64,000 nt of DNA from Candidatus Harrisonbacteria bacterium CG10_big_fil_rev_8_21_14_0_10_40_38 (GTDB lineage: Bacteria; Patescibacteriota; Minisyncoccia; UBA6257; 1-14-0-10-40-38), in assembly GCA_002773535.1 (NCBI GenBank), contig PFAZ01000009.1, forward strand, positions 34,739 to 98,738, written 5' to 3'. Under the pieces are notes generated by a model. It searched no databases, had not been told where the DNA came from, and saw only the letters and a list, made by a program, of their open reading frames with translations. A program made the translations under genes and the position numbers. Positions 56,162-64,000 of this stretch are shown here, piece after piece. Every line of letters starts with the position of its first letter. Positions within the stretch are counted from its first letter, which is position 1.

Positions 56162-57409
56162 TTATTTTTTTTCTTCGAGGGATTCTAAGAATTCAAAAAC
56201 TTTCTTCTGTTCAACAACACCGTAACTATAGTCATAGTGTGTATTAGGGTCAAGATTATGAATACTCATTTCTGTTTTAATTTCTTCTTCTGTTGGTTCG
56301 AGTTTTTCGTCTTTACTTATTTTATGAATTATAAGGTTCACCATAAGACGTTCCTTTGCTCTTTCTTTGAGACTTTCTCTTAACTTTTCGTCAGAAACCG
56401 GAATTTGGTTGTTGCCTATCATAGCTTTTGTTTCATGTATCATGCTTTCAAGAGATTTTTCGAGCATGATGTCTGGGATTTCCGCATTAGATTCTTTTGC
56501 TACTTCGCGAAGGATTTTTGAGATAATTCGTTCTTTTTCTCGTTGTTCTTTTTCGTGTTTAAATCCTTCTACGATACTACTTTTTACATCTTCAATGGTT
56601 TCAAATTTTGCGCCTAGAGTTTTTGCAAATTCATTATCTGCGGTGGGTAGCTCTCGTTCGTAAACTCCTTTAATGGTTACTTTGAATTCTATTTCTTTGT
56701 TTTGAAGATCTTTTTGCCAATAATCAGCCGGGGCTTTCAGTGAAAATATTATTTCTTCGTTCTCTTTGCGGTTTTCGAGTTTTTCATCAAACCCCGGAAT
56801 AAATTTACTCTCGCCTAAAACCATTTTTTCTCCATGAAGCGTTCCTCCTTCGATTGGCTTTCCTTCTAAACTGCTTTCAACGTCTACTTCTATGAGATCT
56901 CCTTTAACTGCATTTCTTGAAACACGGGTTATTTTTGCTCGAGACTCTCTTAACCATGAAAAGGTTTTATTAATTTCTTCTTCTTTTACTTCCGGAACAT
57001 TTTTCTCTTTTAAAATATCCTTTGCAATTTTTTTATAATCTCCTAGTTTTACTTCGGGGAATATAGAGAACTCGGCTTTGTATTTAAGACCTGGACCTTC
57101 TTTGCCTATTGGGTTAGCTTCTATGATTTCGATTTTGGGCTTACTTACAACAATCCAATTATTATCCTCTATAACCTCATCCAAGCTCCATTTAACAGCT
57201 TTAAGAGAAGCTTCTTCGAAAACCTTGTCTTTGTTTACTGCCTGATCAGATAATTCCTTTGGCGCTGTGCCCGGTCGAAAGCCTTTTAAGTGGATTTTGC
57301 TTGCTGCTTCGTTATGGGCTTCCTGCCAATAGGTATCAAATTCTTTTTGCTCAAGTATTACTTCGACTTCTATTTCTGAACCGGTCTTTTTTTTGTGTGT
57401 TTCTTTCAT
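56162..57409 (-). CDS. tig: trigger factor
   Basis: 415 aa. N-terminal ribosome-binding domain with KGFRPGTAPK. Sits upstream of clpP, in the conserved order. Confidence 0.85.
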   Translation of the reverse strand: MKETHKKKTGSEIEVEVILEQKEFDTYWQEAHNEAASKIHLKGFRPGTAPKELSDQAVNKDKVFEEASLKAVKWSLDEVIEDNNWIVVSKPKIEIIEANPIGKEGPGLKYKAEFSIFPEVKLGDYKKIAKDILKEKNVPEVKEEEINKTFSWLRESRAKITRVSRNAVKGDLIEVDVESSLEGKPIEGGTLHGEKMVLGESKFIPGFDEKLENRKENEEIIFSLKAPADYWQKDLQNKEIEFKVTIKGVYERELPTADNEFAKTLGAKFETIEDVKSSIVEGFKHEKEQREKERIISKILREVAKESNAEIPDIMLEKSLESMIHETKAMIGNNQIPVSDEKLRESLKERAKERLMVNLIIHKISKDEKLEPTEEEIKTEMSIHNLDPNTHYDYSYGVVEQKKVFEFLESLEEKK

Positions 57410-57448
57410 AAAAAAATTTATATAAGTCAGTGTTTTTTACCATTTTTT

Positions 57449-57916
57449 TTATTTAAAGGCAAGCTTTCTTTCGGTTTCCAGTTTTCCGTGACTTATTGTT
57501 ATCCACTTGGCGTTTTTGGGTATTATTTTTTTTATTCTATCGGCCCATTCAATAATGACTATATTTTCAGGGTTATTGAGGATCTCATAAAATCTTATGA
57601 CCTCGAGTTCTTTTATTTCTTTTATTCTATAACAATCTACGTGATATAAGGTTTTGAAATTTTTTATTTTTTTAGATATTGAGTAGGGTTTAAATATAAC
57701 AAATGTTGGACTGGTTACTTTTTTTATACCCAAAGATTTTGCGAAGCCTTTTGTGAATGCGGTTTTGCCTGCGCCAAGATCACCGACGAGAGCTAAAACA
57801 AATGCATTTTCTGATTTTTTCTTTTTTACTATTTCGAGCGCGAGTTTTTCCGCTATCTGGCTTGTTTCCTTTTCCTCTTTTGTAAAATGAGTATTTTTAG
57901 TTTTCTCCTTCTTCAT
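57449..57916 (-). CDS. tsaE: tRNA threonylcarbamoyladenosine biosynthesis protein TsaE
   Basis: 155 aa. Walker A LALVGDLGAGKTAFTKGFAK ... SPTFVIFKPY ... YHVDCYRI. Confidence 0.85.
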   Translation of the reverse strand: MKKEKTKNTHFTKEEKETSQIAEKLALEIVKKKKSENAFVLALVGDLGAGKTAFTKGFAKSLGIKKVTSPTFVIFKPYSISKKIKNFKTLYHVDCYRIKEIKELEVIRFYEILNNPENIVIIEWADRIKKIIPKNAKWITISHGKLETERKLAFK

Positions 57917-58415
57917 GAAAATATTTAAATTTTTTCATACTATACACTGCGATTATCGATAGTAAAAGCGCACTTATGAGGCCATAGCCGATAAACATAT
58001 ATGGAGAGTTGTTTTCTTGTATTGTGGCAACGCCTTTTGTATTACTGATGTTTTTGATGAGCTCTTTGTTTAATGGCGAGTTTACTTGTTGAATATTTTT
58101 ATCGCCTTTCTTTATTACCTCGCCTTCAGAAGGTGAGGTGATTTCTAGTTTATCGATTTCTTCACCTTTTTCATTTTGTAGAAAAATAGTCTCTTTGTCG
58201 TTATTGAGAGAGATTTTTGTAGTTTTATATAAAAGTTTTAGATCCTCGTTTGGGTTGATCGTGTATCCAGTTAAGCTAAAAGTTTTTCCGCTTAAATCTT
58301 TTATTTTCCAACCTGACAGATTTACAGAATCGACTCCTTTATTGGTGAGGGTTATGTATTCACCATCGGTATCTTTTCCTATTGGATTTGGAAGGGCTTC
58401 TTTGATTTCAACCAT
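57897..58415 (-). CDS. lamin tail domain (LTD) protein, membrane-anchored at the C-terminus
   Basis: 172 aa. EALPNPIGKDTDGEYITLTNKGVDSVNLSGWKIKD is an LTD signature. C-terminal TM helix. Confidence 0.7.
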   Translation of the reverse strand: MVEIKEALPNPIGKDTDGEYITLTNKGVDSVNLSGWKIKDLSGKTFSLTGYTINPNEDLKLLYKTTKISLNNDKETIFLQNEKGEEIDKLEITSPSEGEVIKKGDKNIQQVNSPLNKELIKNISNTKGVATIQENNSPYMFIGYGLISALLLSIIAVYSMKKFKYFHEEGEN

Positions 58416-58421
58416 TAATTA

Positions 58422-59420
58422 TTAGTTGAGTTTTTTTGATATTTTTCCAAGATGTTTATACGCGTGATCTGTAGCAACTCTTCCTGAGGGAGTTCTGATC
58501 ATAAGACCGATAGACATAAGGAAAGGTTCGTGTACATCTTCTATATTTCCTCTGTCGTCATTGAGGGCTGCGGCGAGAGTAGCGACTCCAACAGGACCTC
58601 CGTTGAATTTGTCTATTATCATTTCTAAAAGTCGCCTGTCGTATGGCTCGAGACCGAGAGTGTCTATTTCGAGCATTTTAAAGGTTTCTTTTACTATTTC
58701 TTCGCTTATTGCTTCTCCTTGATTATAAACTTCTCCGTAATCTCGTACCCTCTTTAGGAGACGATTTGCTACACGAGGGGTAAATCTTGATGCTTCGGCA
58801 ATTATAGACACTGCTTTTTGATCAATTTTCATGCCGAGTATTTTTGCAGATCTTTCGATAATGGATTGGATGTTTTCTGTGTTGTAATAATCAAGCTTAA
58901 ATGAAGCCCCAAATCTTGATCTTAGGGGACCTGAGAGAAGATTTGCTCTTGTGGTCGCGGCGATAAGCATAAAAGGCGGCAGATCAAGAGCTATTGTTCT
59001 GGCTGTTGGACCTTTGCCGACTATGAGGTTTAATTTTCTCTCTTCCATAGCAGGGTAGAGAACTTCTTCATTCATCCTATTTAATCTATGGGCTTCGTCT
59101 ATAAATAGAACATCTCCTTGTTCAATATTTGTGAGAACTGCCGCTATGTCACCAACTTTTTCTAGTGATGGGCCTGAGGTTATTTTAAGATTCGCCCCCA
59201 TTTCTCTTGCAACCAAGTGAGCTAAGGTTGTCTTACCAAGACCAGCCTGCCCATAGAACAAAACGTGGTCGCAAACCTCATTTCGCCTTTTTGAGGCTTC
59301 TAACATTATTTTTAACTGCTCTTTTACCTTTTCCTGACCCACATATTCGTCCCATTTTGTGGGCCTTAAAATAACATCTATGGCCTGTGTATCGTTTATA
59401 TTATTCACTTCGCTTTCCAT
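58422..59420 (-). CDS. ruvB: Holliday junction branch migration helicase RuvB
   Basis: 332 aa. LRPTKWDEYVGQEKVK ... LFYGQAGLGKTTLAHLVA (Walker A) ... sensor motifs. Confidence 0.9.
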   Translation of the reverse strand: MESEVNNINDTQAIDVILRPTKWDEYVGQEKVKEQLKIMLEASKRRNEVCDHVLFYGQAGLGKTTLAHLVAREMGANLKITSGPSLEKVGDIAAVLTNIEQGDVLFIDEAHRLNRMNEEVLYPAMEERKLNLIVGKGPTARTIALDLPPFMLIAATTRANLLSGPLRSRFGASFKLDYYNTENIQSIIERSAKILGMKIDQKAVSIIAEASRFTPRVANRLLKRVRDYGEVYNQGEAISEEIVKETFKMLEIDTLGLEPYDRRLLEMIIDKFNGGPVGVATLAAALNDDRGNIEDVHEPFLMSIGLMIRTPSGRVATDHAYKHLGKISKKLN

Positions 59421-59504
59421 AGTGGGTTATTGACTTCTTTATATTGATATGATACAATATGCCGGCTCTTCACTAAGAGGGGTATTCCTTATATTATATC
59501 TTTT

Positions 59505-59640
59505 CGCTAGGGGACACTGACCTGGGGGCTGGGAGATATCCTTAGATTTAGGATGATCTGGTTTTGGCTGGGTCACTCCTCGGGGCATTTCTAGTCTGTT
59601 TCGGCAAGAAACATTTTGCCCCCAGATCAGTGTCTCTTAA
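59505..59640. other. GC-rich structured intergenic element (candidate cis-regulatory RNA or small ncRNA) between pilB and ruvB
   Basis: GACACTGACCTGGGGGC (about 59513-59529) pairs with GCCCCCAGATCAGTGTC (about 59621-59637), forming a 17-bp closing stem (one mismatch) around roughly 90 nt. The enclosed region contains sub-hairpins (AGATATCCTTA/TTAGGATGATCT; TGTTTC-GGCAA-GAAACA). GC is visibly above that of the flanks. Confidence 0.35.
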
Positions 59641-59675
59641 CTTTTATAAAGTTAAGTTGCTATCTATTTAATCCA

Positions 59676-61400
59676 TTATATTAGGCCTGTTACTTCTTCG
59701 ACTTCTTCAAAAGTGGTCATTCCTGTTATAACTTTCAAAAATCCATCCTGTTGCATTGTTACCATACCTTGTTCTTTTATAGCATAATTCATTATTTCTG
59801 ACTCACTAGATTTTTTTTCAATAAGTTGTTCTAGATTTTTTTCGGATCCGAGCTCATTTTGCGCCTCGTTGTTTTTGATTTTCTCAAAATGAGGGTCATT
59901 AAGGAGTAGTTCAAAAATTGCGACTCTGCCCTTAAAACCGGAGCCGCCACAATGATCACATCCCTTTGGTTTAAAGAGGGTTATTTTTTTATATGGAGAT
60001 TGATCAACTCTTTTTGGAAGGGTTTTTAAGAAGTTATTTATTTTATTTGCCTGATCTTCTGTAACTGTTACTGATTCTTTGCATTCTTTACAGAGTCGTC
60101 TGATTAATCGTTGGGCGATAATAAGGTTAAGTGATGGGCCTATGCTTGAAGACTTAACATCTAAGTCTAGTAAGCGGGGGATTGCGCCTGCGGCTTCATT
60201 GGCGTGAATTGTAGAAAAAACCAAGTGACCTGTTAGCGCAGCTTGAATTGCTATCTCTGCGGTTTCTTTGTCTCTAACCTCGCCTACAAGAATGACGTCT
60301 GGGTCCTGACGCATGATGGATCGGAGTCCATCGGCAAATGTATAACCGGCTTCTTCGTCAATCTGGGTTTGCTCTATTCCTTGTAGGTGATATTCGATTG
60401 GGTCTTCGATTGTGATGATTTTAATTTCGGGATTGTGTTTTGATTTTAAAAATGCGTAAAGGGTTGTTGTTTTACCGGAACCTGTTGGGCCAGTGTTTAA
60501 AATCATGCCGTTGGGGCGCTTTAATTCGGTTTCGATTATTTCTAAATCATCTTTTCTAAATCCAAGTTCTGGGAGAGTTATATTTATGGCGTCGGGGTCT
60601 AAGACGCGCATTACTATGATTTCACCGAATTCTGATGGCGCGATAGCAACACGAAGTTCGATATCTTTTGTTGCGAGCCCTATTGTAAACCTGCCATCTT
60701 GAGGTCTGTCTGATACGTTTAATTTGAGATTAGATAAAAGTTTTATTCTTGAGGTAATAGCCTTGTAGTGTTTCGAAGGCAGGGTACCGGAAACATCCTG
60801 AAGAACGCCGTCTATTCTGAACCTAACTTTTAAATTTTTTTCTTCCGGCTCAAAGTGTATGTCTGATGTTCTATTAGCGAGGGCGCCTGATAATATAATT
60901 TCCAGAAATTCAGTTACCGATGATCCGTCGAAGTCAAAAGAGTTTACTTCCTCACTAACTTTTTTTATGGAAATAAGTTTTTCTGCTAGTTCTGAAACTC
61001 TCTTTTTTTCTATATTTACCCTACTGGTTATGGATGATTTTTCCGGAGTAGCGAATCTGTAAAAACTCCATATATGCTCAAGCCCACGCATGGAAGTTAT
61101 AAATAACCTGACTTCAAATCCTTGTTTTTTAAAGTTTGATATGACTTCGTTTGTTTCTTTTGATTTTGGATCTAAAACCACTAGTCCTATAACAGGTTTT
61201 TTCATTTCGAAAACAGCAACTTTCGCGTTCCTTGCAGTTTCTTCGTCCAAGAGACGAAGGACGTCAACTTTTACAGGAGTTGTTGTTATATCCAAGTAGG
61301 GGAGCCCACTATCATCTGCTTTTTTACGTGCATCTCTTTCTTCCGCTTCTTGCCGGATTTTTACAAGCTGTTCTTGTAATTTTGAAGATGGAAGAGCCAT
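59676..61400 (-). CDS. pilB: type II/IV secretion system ATPase (GspE/PilB family)
   Basis: 574 aa. N-terminal GSPII_E_N-like domain. Walker A ILNTGPTGSGKTTTL. Asp and His boxes. C-terminal tetracysteine motif (CKEC...CDHCGGSG). Confidence 0.85.
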   Translation of the reverse strand: MALPSSKLQEQLVKIRQEAEERDARKKADDSGLPYLDITTTPVKVDVLRLLDEETARNAKVAVFEMKKPVIGLVVLDPKSKETNEVISNFKKQGFEVRLFITSMRGLEHIWSFYRFATPEKSSITSRVNIEKKRVSELAEKLISIKKVSEEVNSFDFDGSSVTEFLEIILSGALANRTSDIHFEPEEKNLKVRFRIDGVLQDVSGTLPSKHYKAITSRIKLLSNLKLNVSDRPQDGRFTIGLATKDIELRVAIAPSEFGEIIVMRVLDPDAINITLPELGFRKDDLEIIETELKRPNGMILNTGPTGSGKTTTLYAFLKSKHNPEIKIITIEDPIEYHLQGIEQTQIDEEAGYTFADGLRSIMRQDPDVILVGEVRDKETAEIAIQAALTGHLVFSTIHANEAAGAIPRLLDLDVKSSSIGPSLNLIIAQRLIRRLCKECKESVTVTEDQANKINNFLKTLPKRVDQSPYKKITLFKPKGCDHCGGSGFKGRVAIFELLLNDPHFEKIKNNEAQNELGSEKNLEQLIEKKSSESEIMNYAIKEQGMVTMQQDGFLKVITGMTTFEEVEEVTGLI

Positions 61401-61474
61401 AGAGGTTTATTGCCTCAAGCGTAGCTTATTTTTGCTCGTTTCTGCAAGGAATTTTAGAGGAAAAACTTACTCTA

Positions 61475-61504
61475 TTGACATCTTGATATATTATATTGTA
61501 TAAT
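61475..61504 (+). promoter_or_regulatory. sigma70 consensus promoter
   Basis: TTGACA (61475-61480), 18 nt spacer, TATAAT (61499-61504). Lies upstream of the lipoprotein gene. Confidence 0.55.
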
Positions 61505-61554
61505 ATATCCAGTTTCTTTCATTCCTTTCCCTCTTATTACTAGAGAGGTGATCT

Positions 61555-61977
61555 GTGAGATTTCTAGTTGTTTGCTTTTTTTCTCTTCTTTCCGGGTGCT
61601 CTGGTTTTTTTTACCACTGCTCACTAGGAGTGGCGAATAAAACCGATGAGCCAATCACGATATCCGTTTACCAGGAATACAGCGACTATGTTTGGGAAAA
61701 CAATAGTCGCGTGACTCTTATTTGTGGGGGAGAAAACTATGTAATTGATCAAGGCGGGGTGACCGTTCGGCGACTAGAGCCGAACGAGTCGACGGTTCTT
61801 TTGTTTTCTAATTTCCGATCCGATTTTTCACAGACGGTAATCGTCAGTGTTGTATCGGATTCAGGGAAGGAGGGTAGAAGAAATTTCTTAATTCCGTCCG
61901 TGTACCATAACCCATACCAGAGATCGTGGGAGTGGGTCGTTAGTGATTACGAATGGACGGATTTTTTCGGATGGTGA
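61555..61977 (+). CDS. hypothetical lipoprotein
   Basis: 140 aa. Signal peptide with lipobox LLSGCSG. Confidence 0.5.
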   Translation: MRFLVVCFFSLLSGCSGFFYHCSLGVANKTDEPITISVYQEYSDYVWENNSRVTLICGGENYVIDQGGVTVRRLEPNESTVLLFSNFRSDFSQTVIVSVVSDSGKEGRRNFLIPSVYHNPYQRSWEWVVSDYEWTDFFGW

Positions 61978-62012
61978 CGCGCCGGAGGGGGAAACCCCTC
62001 GGCGCTTTTTTG
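61976..62012 (+). terminator. rho-independent terminator
   Basis: GCGCCGGAGGGGGAAACCCCTCGGCGC followed by TTTTTT. Confidence 0.8.
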
Positions 62013-62054
62013 TTTCTTGCAGATATTATCTTACTTTTTTAATATACTTCTTAT

Positions 62055-62579
62055 ATGTCAGGACATAGTCATTGGTCACAAATACAAAGAAAAAAAGGCG
62101 CTAACGATCAGAAGCGTGGGCTTCTTTTTTCCAAACTTTTAAAAGCTATATCTATTACTGCCAGAGAAAATCCCGACCCTCAATTTAACCCCCGCCTTAG
62201 AACCATGATTGATAAGGCTAGGGCTGCAAATGTTCCGAATGACAATATCGACAGGGCAATAAAAAAATCTTCTGGTACATCAAATCTTTCAGAAGTTTTA
62301 ATCGAGGCGTATGGACCGGAAGGATGCGCGATACTTGTTGAGGGAATTACTGATAATAAAAATCGAACTATTTCAGAGATAAAACATATTCTTTCACAGA
62401 ACGATGCAAAAATCGCTGAACTTGGTTCTGTTTTATGGTCTTTTGAAAAGCGTGATAATGAGTGGGTTTCTAAATTTAGCAATCAAATATCTGAAGAAAG
62501 TATTAAAAAAATTGATAAACTAATATCTTTACTAGAAGACCATCCGGATGTTCAGAGAGTTATTACTAATACAAAATAA
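62055..62579 (+). CDS. YebC/PmpR-family transcriptional regulator (short form)
   Basis: 174 aa. MSGHSHWSQIQRKKGANDQKRGLLFSKL... is the typical YebC N-terminus. Upstream of ruvC, as in the conserved yebC-ruvC cluster. Confidence 0.8.
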   Translation: MSGHSHWSQIQRKKGANDQKRGLLFSKLLKAISITARENPDPQFNPRLRTMIDKARAANVPNDNIDRAIKKSSGTSNLSEVLIEAYGPEGCAILVEGITDNKNRTISEIKHILSQNDAKIAELGSVLWSFEKRDNEWVSKFSNQISEESIKKIDKLISLLEDHPDVQRVITNTK

Positions 62580-62582
62580 TTT

Positions 62583-63071
62583 ATGCGTTTTATTGGAATA
62601 GATCCGGGAACAACGAGGATAGGGTATGGGGTTGTTGATTATGAGAAAGATCTATCTTTAGTAAAGTACGGAGTTCTTGAGATATCCGCATCTAGTGATA
62701 TAGACAGGTTGAATGAGTTAGGAACAAGATTTTTGGATTTACTGAAATCAGTGTCTCCGGATGTAGCGGGTGTTGAGGTTTTGTATTTTGCAAAAAACCA
62801 AAAAACTGCTCTTTCTGTATCTCAAGCAAGGGGAGTTATTTTATACCTTCTTTCAAAAACCGGCATACCGATATATGAATATGGCCCAAATCATGTAAAA
62901 CAAGCGCTAACCAGTTATGGTGCCTCTGACAAAAAAGCAGTTGCTCTTATGGTTAAAAAACTTTTAAAAATTGATATATTATCCGGTCATGATGATGCGA
63001 GTGATGCTCTCGCGATTGCTATTACGACTGCTTATAGCCATGGTCGTTTTGATTTCTATAGGAGTGGCTAA
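62583..63071 (+). CDS. ruvC: crossover junction endodeoxyribonuclease RuvC
   Basis: 162 aa. MRFIGIDPGTTRIGYGVV ... catalytic acidic residues ... HDDASDALAIAI. Confidence 0.85.
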   Translation: MRFIGIDPGTTRIGYGVVDYEKDLSLVKYGVLEISASSDIDRLNELGTRFLDLLKSVSPDVAGVEVLYFAKNQKTALSVSQARGVILYLLSKTGIPIYEYGPNHVKQALTSYGASDKKAVALMVKKLLKIDILSGHDDASDALAIAITTAYSHGRFDFYRSG

Positions 63072-63154
63072 AAACACTTGTTGACAGTTGATTTACTGTT
63101 ATTATAATGAGTAAATATTTTTATTAAAAAAGGTCGTGCCAATTTTAAAAGGCT

Positions 63155-63367
63155 ATGATTGAGACAAAAAATAATCACAATCCATATTTTTTGAGTGATC
63201 AGAGTGAAGACGAGTTCAACAACGATCACGCTATCAATATGCACAATGATGAAGATAAGGAGGAAGATATGGATGGTGATGATACGGGATCGGATTTTGA
63301 TGAAGATGAAGAGGAAGATATGGATGGTGATGATGATAAAGAAGACGAAGACGAAGAAAGTTTTTAG
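63155..63367 (+). CDS. hypothetical highly acidic small protein with an internal repeat
   Basis: 70 aa, D/E-rich, with EEDMDGDD repeated. Followed by a hairpin terminator. Confidence 0.35.
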   Translation: MIETKNNHNPYFLSDQSEDEFNNDHAINMHNDEDKEEDMDGDDTGSDFDEDEEEDMDGDDDKEDEDEESF

Positions 63368-63400
63368 TTTTTGTTTTTGATACAATCTTCCGCAATTCAC

Positions 63401-63430
63401 AAAACCCCTTTGTAATACGGAGGGGTTTTG
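63401..63430 (+). terminator. rho-independent terminator
   Basis: AAAACCCCTTTGTAATACGGAGGGGTTTTG. Confidence 0.7.
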
Positions 63431-63470
63431 CTATCTTTGTTATTTTGCTTTACTTTTGTTCTTAGAGTGT

Positions 63471-64000
63471 TATGAAAAATAAATTTGTTAAAATTTTTAA
63501 AAAATGGAGTTTAAAAACCATCTTAATTGGTCTTAGTTCCTTTGTTTTGATTGGGATTTTAGCTTTTGCTTTATTTGTTTTTTTTACAATACAAACACTT
63601 CCATCGCCTGAGCTTTTAGAGAATCGTCAGATTGCACAATCAACAAAGATATACGATAGAACCGGAAAGGTTCTTTTATATGAAATCCATGGTGAAGAGA
63701 TAAGAACTATTATAGATTTTGCGAATATACCACAGAGTGTCAAGGATGCCACGATAGCTGTTGAAGATGCCGGTTTTTACACACACAATGCAGTGGAAGT
63801 GCAATCAATAATAAGGGCGTTTTTTGCAAATATAAGAGTGTTTCTTTTTGGACAGGGTATTGTTCAAGGTGGATCGACTATAACCCAACAGCTAGCAAAA
63901 AAAGCTTTTCTATCAGATGAGAGAACTCCAACGAGAAAAATAAAGGAACTTGTTTTATCAATACAACTTGAGAAGAAATTTACAAAAGATGAGATTTTAG
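63471..64000 (+). CDS. penicillin-binding protein 1A-type transglycosylase/transpeptidase (5' part; continues beyond window end)
   Basis: N-terminal TM helix, then GT51 transglycosylase motifs: TIAVEDAGFYTHNAVE, GGSTITQQLAKK. Confidence 0.85.

Noticed and set aside
59505-59640. TPP riboswitch upstream of ruvB
   Set aside because: There are superficial matches to CUGAGA and GAUCUGG motifs, but the P4/P5 pairing (CUGG...CCAG) is absent and the gene context (ruvB) is implausible for TPP regulation.

Overview
Low-GC, gene-dense bacterial window, apparently chromosomal. Gene content suggests (inference only) a Candidate Phyla Radiation / Patescibacteria-type genome: many housekeeping genes, an H+-pyrophosphatase, type IV secretion system (T4SS)-type pilins, a PilB/GspE-type secretion ATPase, a lamin-tail-domain protein, and many secreted or membrane proteins of unknown function.

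Confidently recognised genes:
- Chaperones and proteases: clpB/clpC (5' partial), htrA-like protease, ftsH, clpP, tig.
- Replication, recombination and repair: ftsK, recA, gyrA, recG, ruvB, ruvC, yraN, a holA-like gene, a XerC/D-type recombinase.
- Transcription, translation and RNA turnover: nusA, rpsT, rpsO, pnp, an S1-domain protein, a DksA/TraR-family protein, tsaE, a YebC-family regulator.
- Metabolism and envelope: cysteine desulfurase, hppA, a class II (B12-dependent) ribonucleotide reductase, a sensor histidine kinase, a GT39 mannosyltransferase, a partial PBP1A.
- Nine tRNA genes.

Most notable observations from reading the sequence:
1. A roughly 1.05 kb non-coding stretch (37587-38633) contains at least 10 copies of the ParB-binding parS palindrome TGTTTCACGTGAAACA, 8 of them perfect or single-mismatch. 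It is bounded by swapped half-site pairs and embeds a 38-bp perfect palindrome. This is a centromere-like parS array, far denser than the usual dispersed chromosomal parS sites.
2. A tRNA gene on the minus strand (46955-47231) is interrupted by a 205-nt group I self-splicing intron. I can see a P1 with a U.G pair at the 5' splice site, a P10 pairing, GACUA/UAGUC P7 strands, a P8 hairpin and a terminal omega-G. The exon junction gives a tRNA-Phe(GAA), which is an unusual host and an unusual insertion position (33/34). An HTH/endonuclease-like ORF sits immediately next to it.
3. A phosphoglucomutase/phosphomannomutase gene is split into an N-terminal fragment (8622-9017) and a C-terminal fragment (6455-7396). 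Between them lies a ~1.2 kb insertion carrying a translationally coupled two-gene cassette on the opposite strand. The second gene (a signal-peptide protein) is conspicuously GC-rich relative to the surrounding genome, and its terminator hairpin supplies the new stop codon of the truncated N-fragment.
4. A tRNA with an Ile-type anticodon loop but anticodon UAU. A 24-nt direct repeat of its 3' end, plus a decayed tRNA-like remnant, lies about 180 bp away.
5. Three tandem TrbC/VirB2-like T4SS-type pilin paralogs.
6. Four consecutive secreted proteins sharing a motif (the last one has a PKD domain).
7. Two GC-rich, structured-looking intergenic segments that are candidate ncRNAs.
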